Shown here one piece after another: positions 19,847-29,445 of a stretch of 64,000 nt of DNA; the first letter of the stretch is position 1; each line of letters starts with the position of its first letter. Where the stretch lies: positions 3,830 to 67,829 of the forward strand of contig CAISEE010000046.1 in assembly GCA_903884345.1 (NCBI GenBank), written 5' to 3'. The notes beneath the pieces were generated by a model, which was given only the letters and a program-made list of their open reading frames with translations, was not told where the DNA came from and made no database searches. Source of the DNA: Candidatus Adlerbacteria bacterium (GTDB taxonomy: Bacteria > Patescibacteriota > Minisyncoccia > Phycocordibacterales > SBAW01). Made by a program: the position numbers and the translations under genes.

Positions 19847-20368
19847 TTACGCCGTAGCAAAGAGCAACTCATTCGATTGCGAGAACAAATTATTGGGCGC
19901 AAAGACAAAGAACCAGGCGCACGTCGCCGCCCGCGCGGACTCGAGCAGCTCGTGCATCTCGTCCTCTCTGACGAGGCGAAACTCGTTATACCGCTCCACC
20001 GCAACATCGCGCGACAGCAAAAACGCCTGCTCAAGTTTCTCGACTGCGAGTCTCTTTGTTTCCGCTTCGAGCCTTGAGACTTCCGCATTCGCCCGTTCAG
20101 CCTTGAAGATTCGTATCATGCGCACAACTCGCCACCGACTCGCCTCAACCTGAGCGAACACCGTTTCACTCACTGCAGTTTGTTTTGACAGACGCCGAAC
20201 CGCCTCGGTCAAATGGCCGTCAACATCATTAATCCGGATGATTGTTTTGATGCTGCTACCGTCGCGTGCACGCTCGTCAGCCTCCCGCGTAATCGCCTCA
20301 ACTGACTTGCCTTGGTAGTGCAGGTGAAAGAATGCGATTTGAACCAGATTTGCCGACATAACACTCAT
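19847..20368 (-). CDS. Hypothetical coiled-coil protein
   Basis: Start MSVMSANLV at 20368 (GGAG nearby). The track ORF extended to 20563 would include the upstream terminator hairpin. Confidence 0.5.
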   Translation of the reverse strand: MSVMSANLVQIAFFHLHYQGKSVEAITREADERARDGSSIKTIIRINDVDGHLTEAVRRLSKQTAVSETVFAQVEASRWRVVRMIRIFKAERANAEVSRLEAETKRLAVEKLEQAFLLSRDVAVERYNEFRLVREDEMHELLESARAATCAWFFVFAPNNLFSQSNELLFATA

Positions 20369-20439
20369 CTCCGGTGGTTTGAGGAAATATTCTGCAACCA
20401 CTATGCCACAAACCGAGCGAAATGGGAAGCTACAAGAAA

Positions 20440-20467
20440 AACGCCACCCGAGAGCCGGGTGGCGTGA
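20440..20467 (-). terminator. Rho-independent terminator
   Basis: On the minus strand: CCACCCG-gctct-CGGGTGG followed by CGTTTTTCTTG. Confidence 0.55.
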
Positions 20468-20481
20468 AGTCGTGGGAACTT

Positions 20482-20955
20482 TTATGCAGTGTTTGTTTGC
20501 CGTGGGAAGATCAGCCGAACCGGTTTCTTCGGGAGTCGCGCAAGGAACCGAAGAGCCGGCCAACGGAGGCGACGCATTGCGCGTGTGCGAAGCGGTTCAC
20601 CTCCCTGCTCGCCCCGCAGGTCGATCTGAAGCGTGACGTACGTCGTCGCCGACGGCGGCACACCCAGATGCTCGGGCAGCGTCTGCACGTGTTTGCGAAT
20701 CCACAGGAACGTTCGCACGAGCAGTCTCGTGTGCCACACCGTCTCCTCATCGATCTCGATGAGCGGACGATGTACGACCACCATCACCTTAACCGCGCCG
20801 ACGCAAGAATGCCGCTCGGCGTTGTAAAGTGCGACACCAAGATAGTGCAGCACCGACACGAGAAACGGCGGGTCATTCCATCCTTGAAAGATGGTGACCA
20901 GCACGATCTTTCGTTTGGCACCGATTCCCAGCTGGTGCTCGGGATGCCGCGTCAC
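20482..20955 (-). CDS. Hypothetical protein (low confidence) between kup and terminator
   Basis: 157-aa ORF with GTG start; balanced hydrophobic composition; ends just before the terminator. No known motif; could be spurious. Confidence 0.3.
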   Translation of the reverse strand: MTRHPEHQLGIGAKRKIVLVTIFQGWNDPPFLVSVLHYLGVALYNAERHSCVGAVKVMVVVHRPLIEIDEETVWHTRLLVRTFLWIRKHVQTLPEHLGVPPSATTYVTLQIDLRGEQGGEPLRTRAMRRLRWPALRFLARLPKKPVRLIFPRQTNTA

Positions 20956-20979
20956 TTGGGGTTGCGCCCAACCGAGGAA

Positions 20980-22846
20980 CTACTCGACCGACAAGCCGTC
21001 TTTAACGCGTTTTGGCGCGATCTCCAGCGCTTTTTTAGCCCAACGTCGAAGCTGGGAGAGCGGCGCCATTTCGGGAGGCAGGTCGCGCAGCGGTATCTCG
21101 AAACTCGACACGAGCTCGTGATTCTCGAAGATCTGAACCTGTGCCACCGGCTTGTCGATCGGCACATGCGCCCGGCGAATCCGGTCGATGTGCACGAAGA
21201 CGGCGGTTTGCGGCATCCCCCTCCAGTCATCCAAGTAGTGATAGAACGCGAGCGGGACGTTACCGTCCATACTGGCGGCCCCGGCACATAGGAAAACGCG
21301 CATGACCGGCGTGTGGACGAAGGGCGTCTTCTCGTCGTGGTTGATGATGTGCGCGAAGGTGTCCACTTTTTCCTTTGCCTCGGCATCATCCACGATCTTT
21401 CGACCCATCCCCCACACCGCCATCGCCGACGTAAACAGCACCATGCTGCCAAGCGGGATGAGGCCCAACGGGCTGTCGAGCAGTTTGGAGTAGGCACCGA
21501 GCGTGAGGATGATGATGAACACCCCGCACACATCGATCAGCCACACGTAGCGACATCCGTGTTCGCGATAGTACCGGCGAACGAGCGTGTAGGTAATGCT
21601 CATCCCCGTCCCCACCGCCATCCCGTACGCGAACGTCATCGCATCAGGGTCGGGGAAGATCAGCACGAAACTGATCGCCCCAATAAGGAGGAACGTGTTG
21701 ATGGTCGGCACGTAGACCTGAGACGCATTCTCGTCGGAAGTGCAAGTGACCTTCGCGCGGGGTGCGAGCCCTAGTCGCACCGCTTGCGCCACGAGACTGA
21801 AGCAACCCGTGAAGAGCGCCTGCGAGGCGATGAACGCCGCCGCCACCGCGAGCGCTACCATGAACGTGAGCACGTACTCATTGTCCTGGTAGAGCGCGAA
21901 GAACGGCGACTCCTTGTAACCGTAGCCTGCAAGCAATGCACCCTGCCCCGCGTAGTTGACGATGAGGCCGCACATGACGAGCGTGCACGCAGCCATGATG
22001 GGGCCGCGACCGAAGTGCCCCATGTCTGCATAGAGCGCCTCGCCGCCGGTTACCGCCAAGAGCACCGTACCGAACACGGCGAGCGAGGCGGTCACCGTCG
22101 CACCAAAAAATGGAGAGCGATTTCCACCACGGCAGATCGTGCGTCAGGAGACTCCACATGCAGTCGAAGCGAAGCGGTGCCTGCAGGATGCCCGGGTGCG
22201 ACATAATCTGCGGCATACCGCCCCACACCAGCATGAAGAACCACCCCAGCATAATCGGGCCGAACATCGTGCCGATCTTGCTACTGCCCTTCTTCTGAAT
22301 CCAGGCAAGCACGATGAGTGCCAGGACAGCGAGCGCCTTGGCGATCGAGTGGCCGATCATGAGACGTTGCGCCTCGACTCCCGTGTCGGTCGCGGGGAGC
22401 GCGAGCCATCCTTCGTCGGTGCCGTAGTGCTGCACCATGACGGTAAGCGCCACGAACGCCGGGACACTGAGGAGCCCCCACCATGCCGACAGAATCGAAA
22501 TGGCCGGGGTGATCTGACCGTCCGAGATGACGCCCGAGATGCCGACGCGCGCCCACCACTTGTCGATTTTACGTTTGGATATGCTGTAGAGCACGGTGAT
22601 GCCACCGTCCCCTTGCTGATTGATTCGCAGCACGACCGCACAGTAAAACCCGACGATGCCAAAGAGTGTCACGAAGATGAGGCCGACTGCCCCGTAGACA
22701 TGCTCCTTGGTGTAGAAGCTGGGGTCGGGCCCCAGCATGGCGGTTAAGACATAGAGCGGTGAGGTGCCGATGTCGCCAAAGACGACGCCGAGCGATTGAA
22801 ACGCGAGCGTAAAGAACGCCGCGAGACATACTGTCTTGTGCGACAT
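20980..22846 (-). pseudogene. kup: KUP/HAK/KT potassium uptake transporter, disrupted by frameshift(s)
   Basis: N-terminal ORF (22846..~22200) has GDIGTSPLYV and PIMLGWFF. C-terminal ORF (22095..20980) has [16 protein letters not shown] and the rest of Kup. The frames join at the A6 run 22105..22110 (ALHFF|GATVTAS) if one base is added. Confidence 0.8.
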
Positions 22847-22949
22847 GCGTCCAACTCCTTATTGTTTTAGAAGGACATGTGCCACACGAATACCGCGTGG
22901 CTCTGCGGGGAGTTTTACCACACAGACGAGCTTCTGACAACGGTCTTTG

Positions 22950-23327
22950 CTACATCGACAGGTACAGGAGTGCGAGGCCGAGGAGAATGCACGCGACCGC
23001 GCTCCAGATGAGGATGCCGCCGCGCACGACACGTGAGTAAAATGAAACGAGGCATTTCGGCGCCGCGAGAATCGCCACACCCTTGATGAGGGCGAGCCAG
23101 CCCAAAACCGTGATAAAGAGCGGGAGCCCGGTAGTCCACACATTGTTGAGCGCGACCATAACGGCACCCATCGACAGAGCGGCGAACCCGGCGAACCACA
23201 GCGACCCTTCGTCCCCCACCGTGCGAGCGATTGCCGAAGCAGCACCCTTTCTGTTAAGCAGCACCGACACCCCGACGAGCGAGAAGAGAATACCGAGCGA
23301 CCGAGCGAGCACAAGCGTTGTATACAT
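22950..23327 (-). CDS. Small integral membrane protein
   Basis: 125 aa, four TM helices, upstream of kup. Confidence 0.5.
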   Translation of the reverse strand: MYTTLVLARSLGILFSLVGVSVLLNRKGAASAIARTVGDEGSLWFAGFAALSMGAVMVALNNVWTTGLPLFITVLGWLALIKGVAILAAPKCLVSFYSRVVRGGILIWSAVACILLGLALLYLSM

Positions 23328-23419
23328 AGCGTGAAATTAGTATATAAAGACACTGTAAGTATACCCCCGACCGCGCGCCAAAAAGGAGTTCTGCACCGCC
23401 CAGAAATTTGCTACCATAG

Positions 23420-24100
23420 GTGGGTATGCTGAAGATTATTTTGGGGATTTTAGCAGGATGCATCGTCGTCTTGGGTGTGTACTTCGCCGAAACCGGCGGC
23501 CCGACGCCAAACGACGCGACACCCACCAACACGACGGTCGTCTCCCCCGCGACCACACGGGCGACGGGCACGAGCACCGCGACGACTACTACTAATAAAC
23601 AGACCAAGAACATGGACACCATATCTCAGGCGACGCTCCACACCAGCATGGGCGATATTACGATCGCGTTTTTACCTAAGCAGGCACCCAACACCGTCGC
23701 CAATTTCATCAAACTCGCGCAGAGCGGATTTTACGACGGCACGAAGTTTCACCGCGTCATTAAAAACTTCATGGACCAGGGCGGCGACCCGCTCACCAAG
23801 GATGACTCAAAGATGGCGATCTGGGGCACCGGCGGCCCGGGCTACCAAATGAGTGATGAGATCGGCCCGACCAACAGCAACCTCGCGGGCACAATCGCGA
23901 TGGCCAACTCGGGGCCCAACACCGCGGGCAGTCAGTTCTTCATCAATGCAGTCGACAACCCCAGCCTCAACAGCGGCTACACCGTCTTTGGCCACGTCGT
24001 CGCGGGCATGAATGTCGTATTGGAGATCAACAACACGGCGACCGACGGCCGCGATCGACCGCTGACGCCGGTCGTCCTCACCAGCGTCACGCTCAAGTAA
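23420..24100 (+). CDS. ppiB: Peptidyl-prolyl cis-trans isomerase, cyclophilin type, membrane-anchored
   Basis: N-terminal TM plus Thr-rich linker, then cyclophilin motifs (FHRVIKNFMDQGGDP, GTIAMANSGPNTAGSQFFIN). Confidence 0.85.
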   Translation: MGMLKIILGILAGCIVVLGVYFAETGGPTPNDATPTNTTVVSPATTRATGTSTATTTTNKQTKNMDTISQATLHTSMGDITIAFLPKQAPNTVANFIKLAQSGFYDGTKFHRVIKNFMDQGGDPLTKDDSKMAIWGTGGPGYQMSDEIGPTNSNLAGTIAMANSGPNTAGSQFFINAVDNPSLNSGYTVFGHVVAGMNVVLEINNTATDGRDRPLTPVVLTSVTLK

Positions 24101-24117
24101 TCGAGAGCGAGACAAAA

Positions 24118-24145
24118 AACCCGACCAGTTGGTCGGGGTTTTTTA
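24118..24145. terminator. Bidirectional rho-independent terminator between convergent genes
   Basis: aaaaaa-CCCGACC-agtt-GGTCGGG-gtttttt. Confidence 0.8.
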
Positions 24146-24152
24146 GTGCTTC

Positions 24153-24656
24153 TTAGCGCAGCAGCATCCACCCGATGAGCGCCCAAATAATGAGCATGAT
24201 GACCACGAGCGCAATCTTGGCCTGAGTCTCGGTCTTGACCAGGTGCGTCTTGAGGAGCAGTCCGATGAGACCGCCCGGGTTCTGCGCGCCGGATTCACCA
24301 AGCGACGCCATGTACTCGGGTGCCCCGGCGTTTGCGTTTTGCTTTTGCGCGTCGCGGTGGCGCTGCATTTCGGCGAGGAACTCCTTCGGATCTTTGGTGT
24401 TAAATGACGAATCCTCGGCCGCAACCTCCTCGTCGCCCTGATGCGGCACCATGAGGCCGATGAGGTTCCCTTCCTCCTCGGCAGCAGCGGGAGCCTCCGC
24501 CTGCGGCGCAGGCGACTCGACGGCGAATGTGGCGAAGGTGTCTGCAACATCGGCATCGGCCCACCCCGCCGCCTTGAGCGACTGTTCGATGTCGGGCCGC
24601 GCGAAGCCTGCCTCTAAATTTTGTTTGATGTAGTCGACTAATTCTTGTCTCACCAT
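24153..24656 (-). CDS. Hypothetical protein with C-terminal TM anchor (ECF sigma operon)
   Basis: Acidic Ala/Glu-rich middle, C-terminal TM KIALVVIMLIIWALIGWMLL; third gene after the sigma factor. Confidence 0.5.
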   Translation of the reverse strand: MVRQELVDYIKQNLEAGFARPDIEQSLKAAGWADADVADTFATFAVESPAPQAEAPAAAEEEGNLIGLMVPHQGDEEVAAEDSSFNTKDPKEFLAEMQRHRDAQKQNANAGAPEYMASLGESGAQNPGGLIGLLLKTHLVKTETQAKIALVVIMLIIWALIGWMLLR

Positions 24657-24668
24657 GGTCGCGACGGT

Positions 24669-25136
24669 CTAGAAGTAAAGCGTATGGATGGTCAGCGTGA
24701 ACGAAAACACCGTACTGATGATCGTGTACCCATAGAGCGCGAGGTACGGGATGCCCCACGTTCGAAGCACGTGTCGGTGGCGCAGCATCTCCTGCCCCGT
24801 CAATACGAACAAATACGACGCCGCGAGGAAGATGACGACGTGGAGCACGAGGTACGCAGTCGCGAGAGCCTCAGCGAGCGAGGATTCGGGTCGATGGACG
24901 AAATAGAAGAAACGCAGACTCAGTACCCAGAGGACAAATACGAGCGCCGCAAGAAACATATCCCGACTCGAGCTGAGTACCTTTTTCATATATGCGTCCA
25001 GTATAGCACGCACGGAGTGTGGTATCGGGAACGTCTGCATCTCCTCTGCGACTCGCGCCCACACGGCCGCGCGCTCCATCGGTGACAGCCGAATCTGCGC
25101 GATTTCATCGAGAAATTGTTCGTCAAATGGATTCAT
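24669..25136 (-). CDS. Membrane protein, candidate anti-sigma factor
   Basis: Immediately downstream of and overlapping the ECF sigma gene; three TM helices. Confidence 0.45.
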   Translation of the reverse strand: MNPFDEQFLDEIAQIRLSPMERAAVWARVAEEMQTFPIPHSVRAILDAYMKKVLSSSRDMFLAALVFVLWVLSLRFFYFVHRPESSLAEALATAYLVLHVVIFLAASYLFVLTGQEMLRHRHVLRTWGIPYLALYGYTIISTVFSFTLTIHTLYF

Positions 25137-25665
25137 GGTGGGATGCAGGCTCGAGCAACGCGCTGAGCTTTTTGAGACCGCGATGGATGCGCACCGACAC
25201 GGCGTTCTCGCGCTCGCCCAGGCACGCCGCTATCTCCTGCGGAGAAAGACCATCAATATAGCGCATGATGAGTGTCTCGCGATATCGCTGGGGCAGGCGC
25301 GCGAGACAGTCGACGGCGCGCCGACCGTCGAGGCGATCAATCGCAGCCTCGAGCGTGTTGGTGTCGTCCTTGGGCAGACGCGAATCGAGCGCCTCGCCGT
25401 CATCCTCCTCAATCATCGCCTCAAGCGAGAGTGTCTTGTGCCGACGGTACTCGTCGATCACCAAATGCCGAAGCGTCATGTAGAGGAATGGTCGATACTC
25501 GCGCACGGGTCTGCCCTGCGCCAGGTGCCGCCAGGTGCGCAGAAACGTCTCTTGCACAAGGTCGAGCGCCCGCTCGCGATCGGACACGCGCAGATACGCG
25601 AAGCGAAACAGCTCGTCCCCATGCCGCCGAAACGCGTCTTCAAATTGCTTTTCGATGTGTGCCAT
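25123..25665 (-). CDS. ECF-family RNA polymerase sigma-70 factor
   Basis: Region 2 (LVQETFLRTWRHL) and region 4 (ETLIMRYIDGLSPQEIAACLGERENAVSVRIHRGLKKL) motifs. Start MAHIEKQ at 25665. Confidence 0.85.
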   Translation of the reverse strand: MAHIEKQFEDAFRRHGDELFRFAYLRVSDRERALDLVQETFLRTWRHLAQGRPVREYRPFLYMTLRHLVIDEYRRHKTLSLEAMIEEDDGEALDSRLPKDDTNTLEAAIDRLDGRRAVDCLARLPQRYRETLIMRYIDGLSPQEIAACLGERENAVSVRIHRGLKKLSALLEPASHHESI

Positions 25666-25778
25666 ACGGTATGACGCACGGAAAGTCATTTTCTTTCTCG
25701 TGCGTCATTAACCTCTACCACAGCTGTCTGAAAGGCAGTTCAGCTACATGAATGGGTCACGCAAAAAGCTGCTCCGTA

Positions 25779-26972
25779 CTACCGAATCGCTTTCGCCACC
25801 GCCTCGGCGATGCCCTTCTCGAACGGCCCGGGGATGATTTTTTGTTTGGTGGGCTTCGGCACCAGTGCCGCCAAATTCTTGGCTGCTTTGAGTTTCATCG
25901 CGTCGGTAATGGCCGACACTTTGTGATCGAGCGCCCCGCGAAAGACGCCCGGGAAGACGAGCGAGTTATTGATCTGATTGGGATAGTCGGAGCGCCCCGA
26001 TGCCACGATTGCCGCCCCTGCCGCCAGTGCCGCCTCGGGAGAAATTTCGGGCGTGGGATTAGCCAGCGCGAAGATGATCGCATCCTTAGCCATGAGCGCG
26101 ATATGCTCGCTTGAAATAAGGTTCGGCCCCGAGACCCCGATGACGACGTCGGCCTCGTTGAGTGCCGCCGCAAGGTCGCCCGAGATGCCGCGCGGATTGG
26201 TCATGCTTGCGAGCTCGAGTTTGTGTTCGGCAAGCCCCGTGCGTGCCTCGTCGAGGATGCCGTGGCTATCGAGCACAATGACGTCTTGAATACCTGCAAG
26301 CACAAGGAGTTTTGCAATCGCCGTCCCTGCCGCCCCGGCACCAAGGATGACGATGCGCAGCCCCGCGAATTTCTTGCCCACAACTTTTGCTGCATTAATG
26401 AGCGCTGCCGTCGCCGCGATCGCGGTGCCGTGCTGATCGTCGTGCATGACCGGGATTGCGAGCCGCTCCTTGATGCGCGCCTCGATCGCAAAGCAGTTGG
26501 GAGCCGCGAAGTCCTCGAGGTTGATGCCGCCGAAGCCGGGCGCAAGCGCACACACCGTCTCGACGATCTGGTCGACGTTTTGCGTGTCGAGCACAATCGG
26601 GAAGGCGTCGACATCGCCGAAGGTTTTAAAAAGCGCGCACTTCCCCTCCATGACCGGGAGCGCCCCATAGGGCCCGATGTTGCCAAGCCCCAAGACCGCC
26701 GAGCCGTCCGAGATGACCGCGACCATCCGCCCTTTTATGGTGTAGTCGCGCGCCGCCTTCATCTGCTCGTGCTCCGAACCTTTAGCGACGAGGAGCGACA
26801 CTGCGGCCACCCCCGGCGTGTAGACGAGCGAAAGGTCGTCGCGGGACTTTACGGCCATGGTAGGCGTGATGCGAATCTTCCCCTGGAGTTTTTTATGGAG
26901 CGCGATGGCAAGCTTCGCGGTGTCGGGTTTTCGAACTGCTGTTTTGATCGGTTTTTTGGGTGTTTTTTTCAT
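25779..26972 (-). CDS. NAD(P)-dependent malic enzyme (short form)
   Basis: LSLVYTPGVAAVSL and GINLEDFAAPNCF; Rossmann GAGAAGTAIAKLL; 397 aa. Confidence 0.85.
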   Translation of the reverse strand: MKKTPKKPIKTAVRKPDTAKLAIALHKKLQGKIRITPTMAVKSRDDLSLVYTPGVAAVSLLVAKGSEHEQMKAARDYTIKGRMVAVISDGSAVLGLGNIGPYGALPVMEGKCALFKTFGDVDAFPIVLDTQNVDQIVETVCALAPGFGGINLEDFAAPNCFAIEARIKERLAIPVMHDDQHGTAIAATAALINAAKVVGKKFAGLRIVILGAGAAGTAIAKLLVLAGIQDVIVLDSHGILDEARTGLAEHKLELASMTNPRGISGDLAAALNEADVVIGVSGPNLISSEHIALMAKDAIIFALANPTPEISPEAALAAGAAIVASGRSDYPNQINNSLVFPGVFRGALDHKVSAITDAMKLKAAKNLAALVPKPTKQKIIPGPFEKGIAEAVAKAIR

Positions 26973-27010
26973 GCCCCCAGTGTAGCAGAATTACTTGGTA
27001 TCATGGAGGG

Positions 27011-29269
27011 ATGGAACTGACCGACTCGGTAACGCAGTACTTCCGCCTTGTGCCCTCGCAAAAAGACGCGCTCCACAAGCTCGGCATCCGCACTGTGCGC
27101 GACCTCCTCTTTCACTTCCCCTTTCGCTATGAGGCCGCCGGCGAGCAATCGACCGTCGCGTCGCTGGAGCCCGGCCAAGAAATCACCCTGGTGGGTGTGC
27201 TTGAAAAGCTAGCGGCGAAAAAATTGTGGCACAGCAAAATGCCCGCGACCGAAGGGTTCTTGCGCGACCAAACCGGCCGCATCAAAGTGCGCTGGTTTAA
27301 TCAACCCTACATCGCCAAAATGTACGGCGAGGGTGCGCTCGTGCAGGCCGTCGGAAAAGTTGCCGGCAAACCCGGCAACCTGTATTTGGCTAATCCAAAA
27401 CTCGAACGAGTGACCTTGAGCGAGAGCGGCCTCTTCGAAAAAACAGAACCCGTCGTGCAGTTGAGCGAGCAGCGACATCCCGCAGAGAACGGTCTGGCCG
27501 AGCGCAGCGAGGAGACCCGAGGACCTTCTCGGAGGGATGGCGCTGCGAGCGATTCTTCATCGAGTGCAGATAAACTTTTCGCGCAGTACCCCGAGAGTCG
27601 CGGTATCACGTCGCTGTGGTTTCGCCACGCAATCGAGCGATTGATCGCCGCCGATATTCTCGACGCAATCGAAGACCCCATCCCCGACGACATCCTCGCG
27701 CGCTACCATCTGCCCTCGCAAAAAGCGGCGCTCCTGTATATGCACGTACCCAAGGCACTGAAAGACGCCGAGGCTGCGCGCAAACGATTTTCCTTCGAGG
27801 AGATTTTTTTGATCCAACTTGCGCGACAAAAAGAGCGCCTCGCGGGATTGCGCGAAATAAGTTTCGCCGTCGACGCACCGCAACGCGACGTCGACTCATT
27901 CGTCTCATCCTTCCCCTTCACCGCAACCCCGGCGCAGACGCGCGCCATCAAAGCCATCCTCACCGACATGCGAACAGGGCACCCGATGTCGCGCCTGCTT
28001 GAGGGCGATGTGGGCTCGGGCAAAACAGCGGTTGCCGCGACCGCCGCCTACGCCGCCGTGCGCACCAAACCCGAGGGCCAAAAATCGGGCACACTCCAGG
28101 TCGCCTACATGGCGCCGACCGAAATCTTGGCCAAGCAACACTTCGAGTCGTTCATCAATTACTTCGAACACTTCCCCATCAACATCGGCCTCATCACCGG
28201 GAGCGGCTGCTACAAATTTCCCTCCAAAGTGAATCGCGAAAAAGCGACGCCGATCTCGCGTGCACAACTCCTCAAGTGGGTGGCCTCGGGCGAGATCGCT
28301 ATCCTCATCGGCACGCACGCGCTCATCGAGGCGTCGGTCCAATTCAAACACCTGGGGCTCGTGGTCATCGACGAACAACATCGCTTCGGCACCAACCAAC
28401 GCCGCAAGCTCGCGCGCAAAGAGGCACGCCTGCCGCACCTCCTCTCGATGACGGCCACCCCCATCCCGCGGACGCTCGCACTCACGATCTACGGCGACCT
28501 TGACCTCACCCTCCTTGACCAAATGCCGCGCGGGCGCAAACCCATCATCACCGAAGTGGTGAAACCCGAGGGGCGCGCGGTGGCCTACGAGCGCATTCGC
28601 GAAGAACTGAGAAACGGCCGCCAAGCCTACGTCATTTGCCCGCGCATCGACGAGCCCGACCCCGAGAAGGCCTTCGCGCTCATGGCAAAGTCGGTCACCG
28701 CCGAGGCGAAACGACTAAAGAAAGATGTCTTCCCCGAATACACCATCGACATTCTCCACAGCAAAATGAAACCCGCCGAGAAAGACGAGGTGATGGCGCG
28801 CTTCGCCGCGCACGAGGTCGACATCCTGGTTGCAACCTCGGTGGTCGAAGTTGGGGTCAACGTCCCCAACGCGACGATGATCTTCATCGAGGGTGCCGAG
28901 CGCTTCGGCCTCTCGCAGCTCCACCAATTGCGCGGCCGCGTCGTGCGCAGCAATCACCAGGCGTACTGCTTCGTCTGCCCCGAGTCGCGCGGCGAGCACA
29001 CGCTCGCGCGCCTCAAAGCCCTAGTGACAGCAAAAAACGGATTCGAATTAGCCGAGCAAGACCTCTTGCAGCGCGGCCCGGGCGAACTGTCGGGTCGCAA
29101 ACAGTGGGGCATCTCAGACGTCGGTATGGAAGCATTAAAGAATCTGAAATTGGTCGAAGCCGCCCGCACCGAGGCGTTGGCGCTCCTTAAAAAAGATGAG
29201 TCACTCGCCAAGCATCCGCGCTTGGCCGCACACCTCGCCAATCAGATGCGCGCGCTTCATTTCGAGTAG
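27011..29269 (+). CDS. recG: ATP-dependent DNA helicase RecG
   Basis: Wedge domain followed by helicase motifs (GDVGSGKTAVA, DEQHRFG, TATPIPRTL). ATG at 27011 after GGAGGG. Confidence 0.9.
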   Translation: MELTDSVTQYFRLVPSQKDALHKLGIRTVRDLLFHFPFRYEAAGEQSTVASLEPGQEITLVGVLEKLAAKKLWHSKMPATEGFLRDQTGRIKVRWFNQPYIAKMYGEGALVQAVGKVAGKPGNLYLANPKLERVTLSESGLFEKTEPVVQLSEQRHPAENGLAERSEETRGPSRRDGAASDSSSSADKLFAQYPESRGITSLWFRHAIERLIAADILDAIEDPIPDDILARYHLPSQKAALLYMHVPKALKDAEAARKRFSFEEIFLIQLARQKERLAGLREISFAVDAPQRDVDSFVSSFPFTATPAQTRAIKAILTDMRTGHPMSRLLEGDVGSGKTAVAATAAYAAVRTKPEGQKSGTLQVAYMAPTEILAKQHFESFINYFEHFPINIGLITGSGCYKFPSKVNREKATPISRAQLLKWVASGEIAILIGTHALIEASVQFKHLGLVVIDEQHRFGTNQRRKLARKEARLPHLLSMTATPIPRTLALTIYGDLDLTLLDQMPRGRKPIITEVVKPEGRAVAYERIREELRNGRQAYVICPRIDEPDPEKAFALMAKSVTAEAKRLKKDVFPEYTIDILHSKMKPAEKDEVMARFAAHEVDILVATSVVEVGVNVPNATMIFIEGAERFGLSQLHQLRGRVVRSNHQAYCFVCPESRGEHTLARLKALVTAKNGFELAEQDLLQRGPGELSGRKQWGISDVGMEALKNLKLVEAARTEALALLKKDESLAKHPRLAAHLANQMRALHFE

Positions 29270-29293
29270 CGAGTGCGGTATAGTCCAGAGCGA

Positions 29294-29365
29294 GGGCGCA
29301 TAGCTCAGCGGTAGAGCAGCCGTCTTATACACGGCCGGTCGTAGGTTCGATCCCTACTGCGCCCA
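29294..29365 (+). tRNA. tRNA with anticodon UAU (predicted tRNA-Ile decoding AUA)
   Basis: Acceptor GGGCGCA/TGCGCCC; D-arm GCTC-AGCGGTA-GAGC; anticodon stem GCCGT/ACGGC with loop CTTATAC; T-arm GTAGG-TTCGATC-CCTAC. Confidence 0.75.
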
Positions 29366-29445
29366 CAAAGATTGCATGCCGCCGACGAATGCGGTATGGT
29401 CAGCCACAGAATAGTCTCCTCAACACACAGAATGGAAAGTTCCCG

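Noticed and set aside
19847-20368. Possible HEPN-like toxin (Rx4H: REDEMH) in the coiled-coil hypothetical protein
   Set aside because: A single Rx4H occurrence in a charged helical region is expected by chance, with no other HEPN features or partner antitoxin. Not reportable without an HMM hit.
20422-21291. 289-aa plus-strand ORF and other Arg/His-rich ORFs overlapping kup (20633..20827, 20891..21121, 21313..21774, 21784..22206, 22139..22747)
   Set aside because: They are antisense to a well-supported Kup coding region and have R/H-rich composition typical of GC-rich antisense frames.
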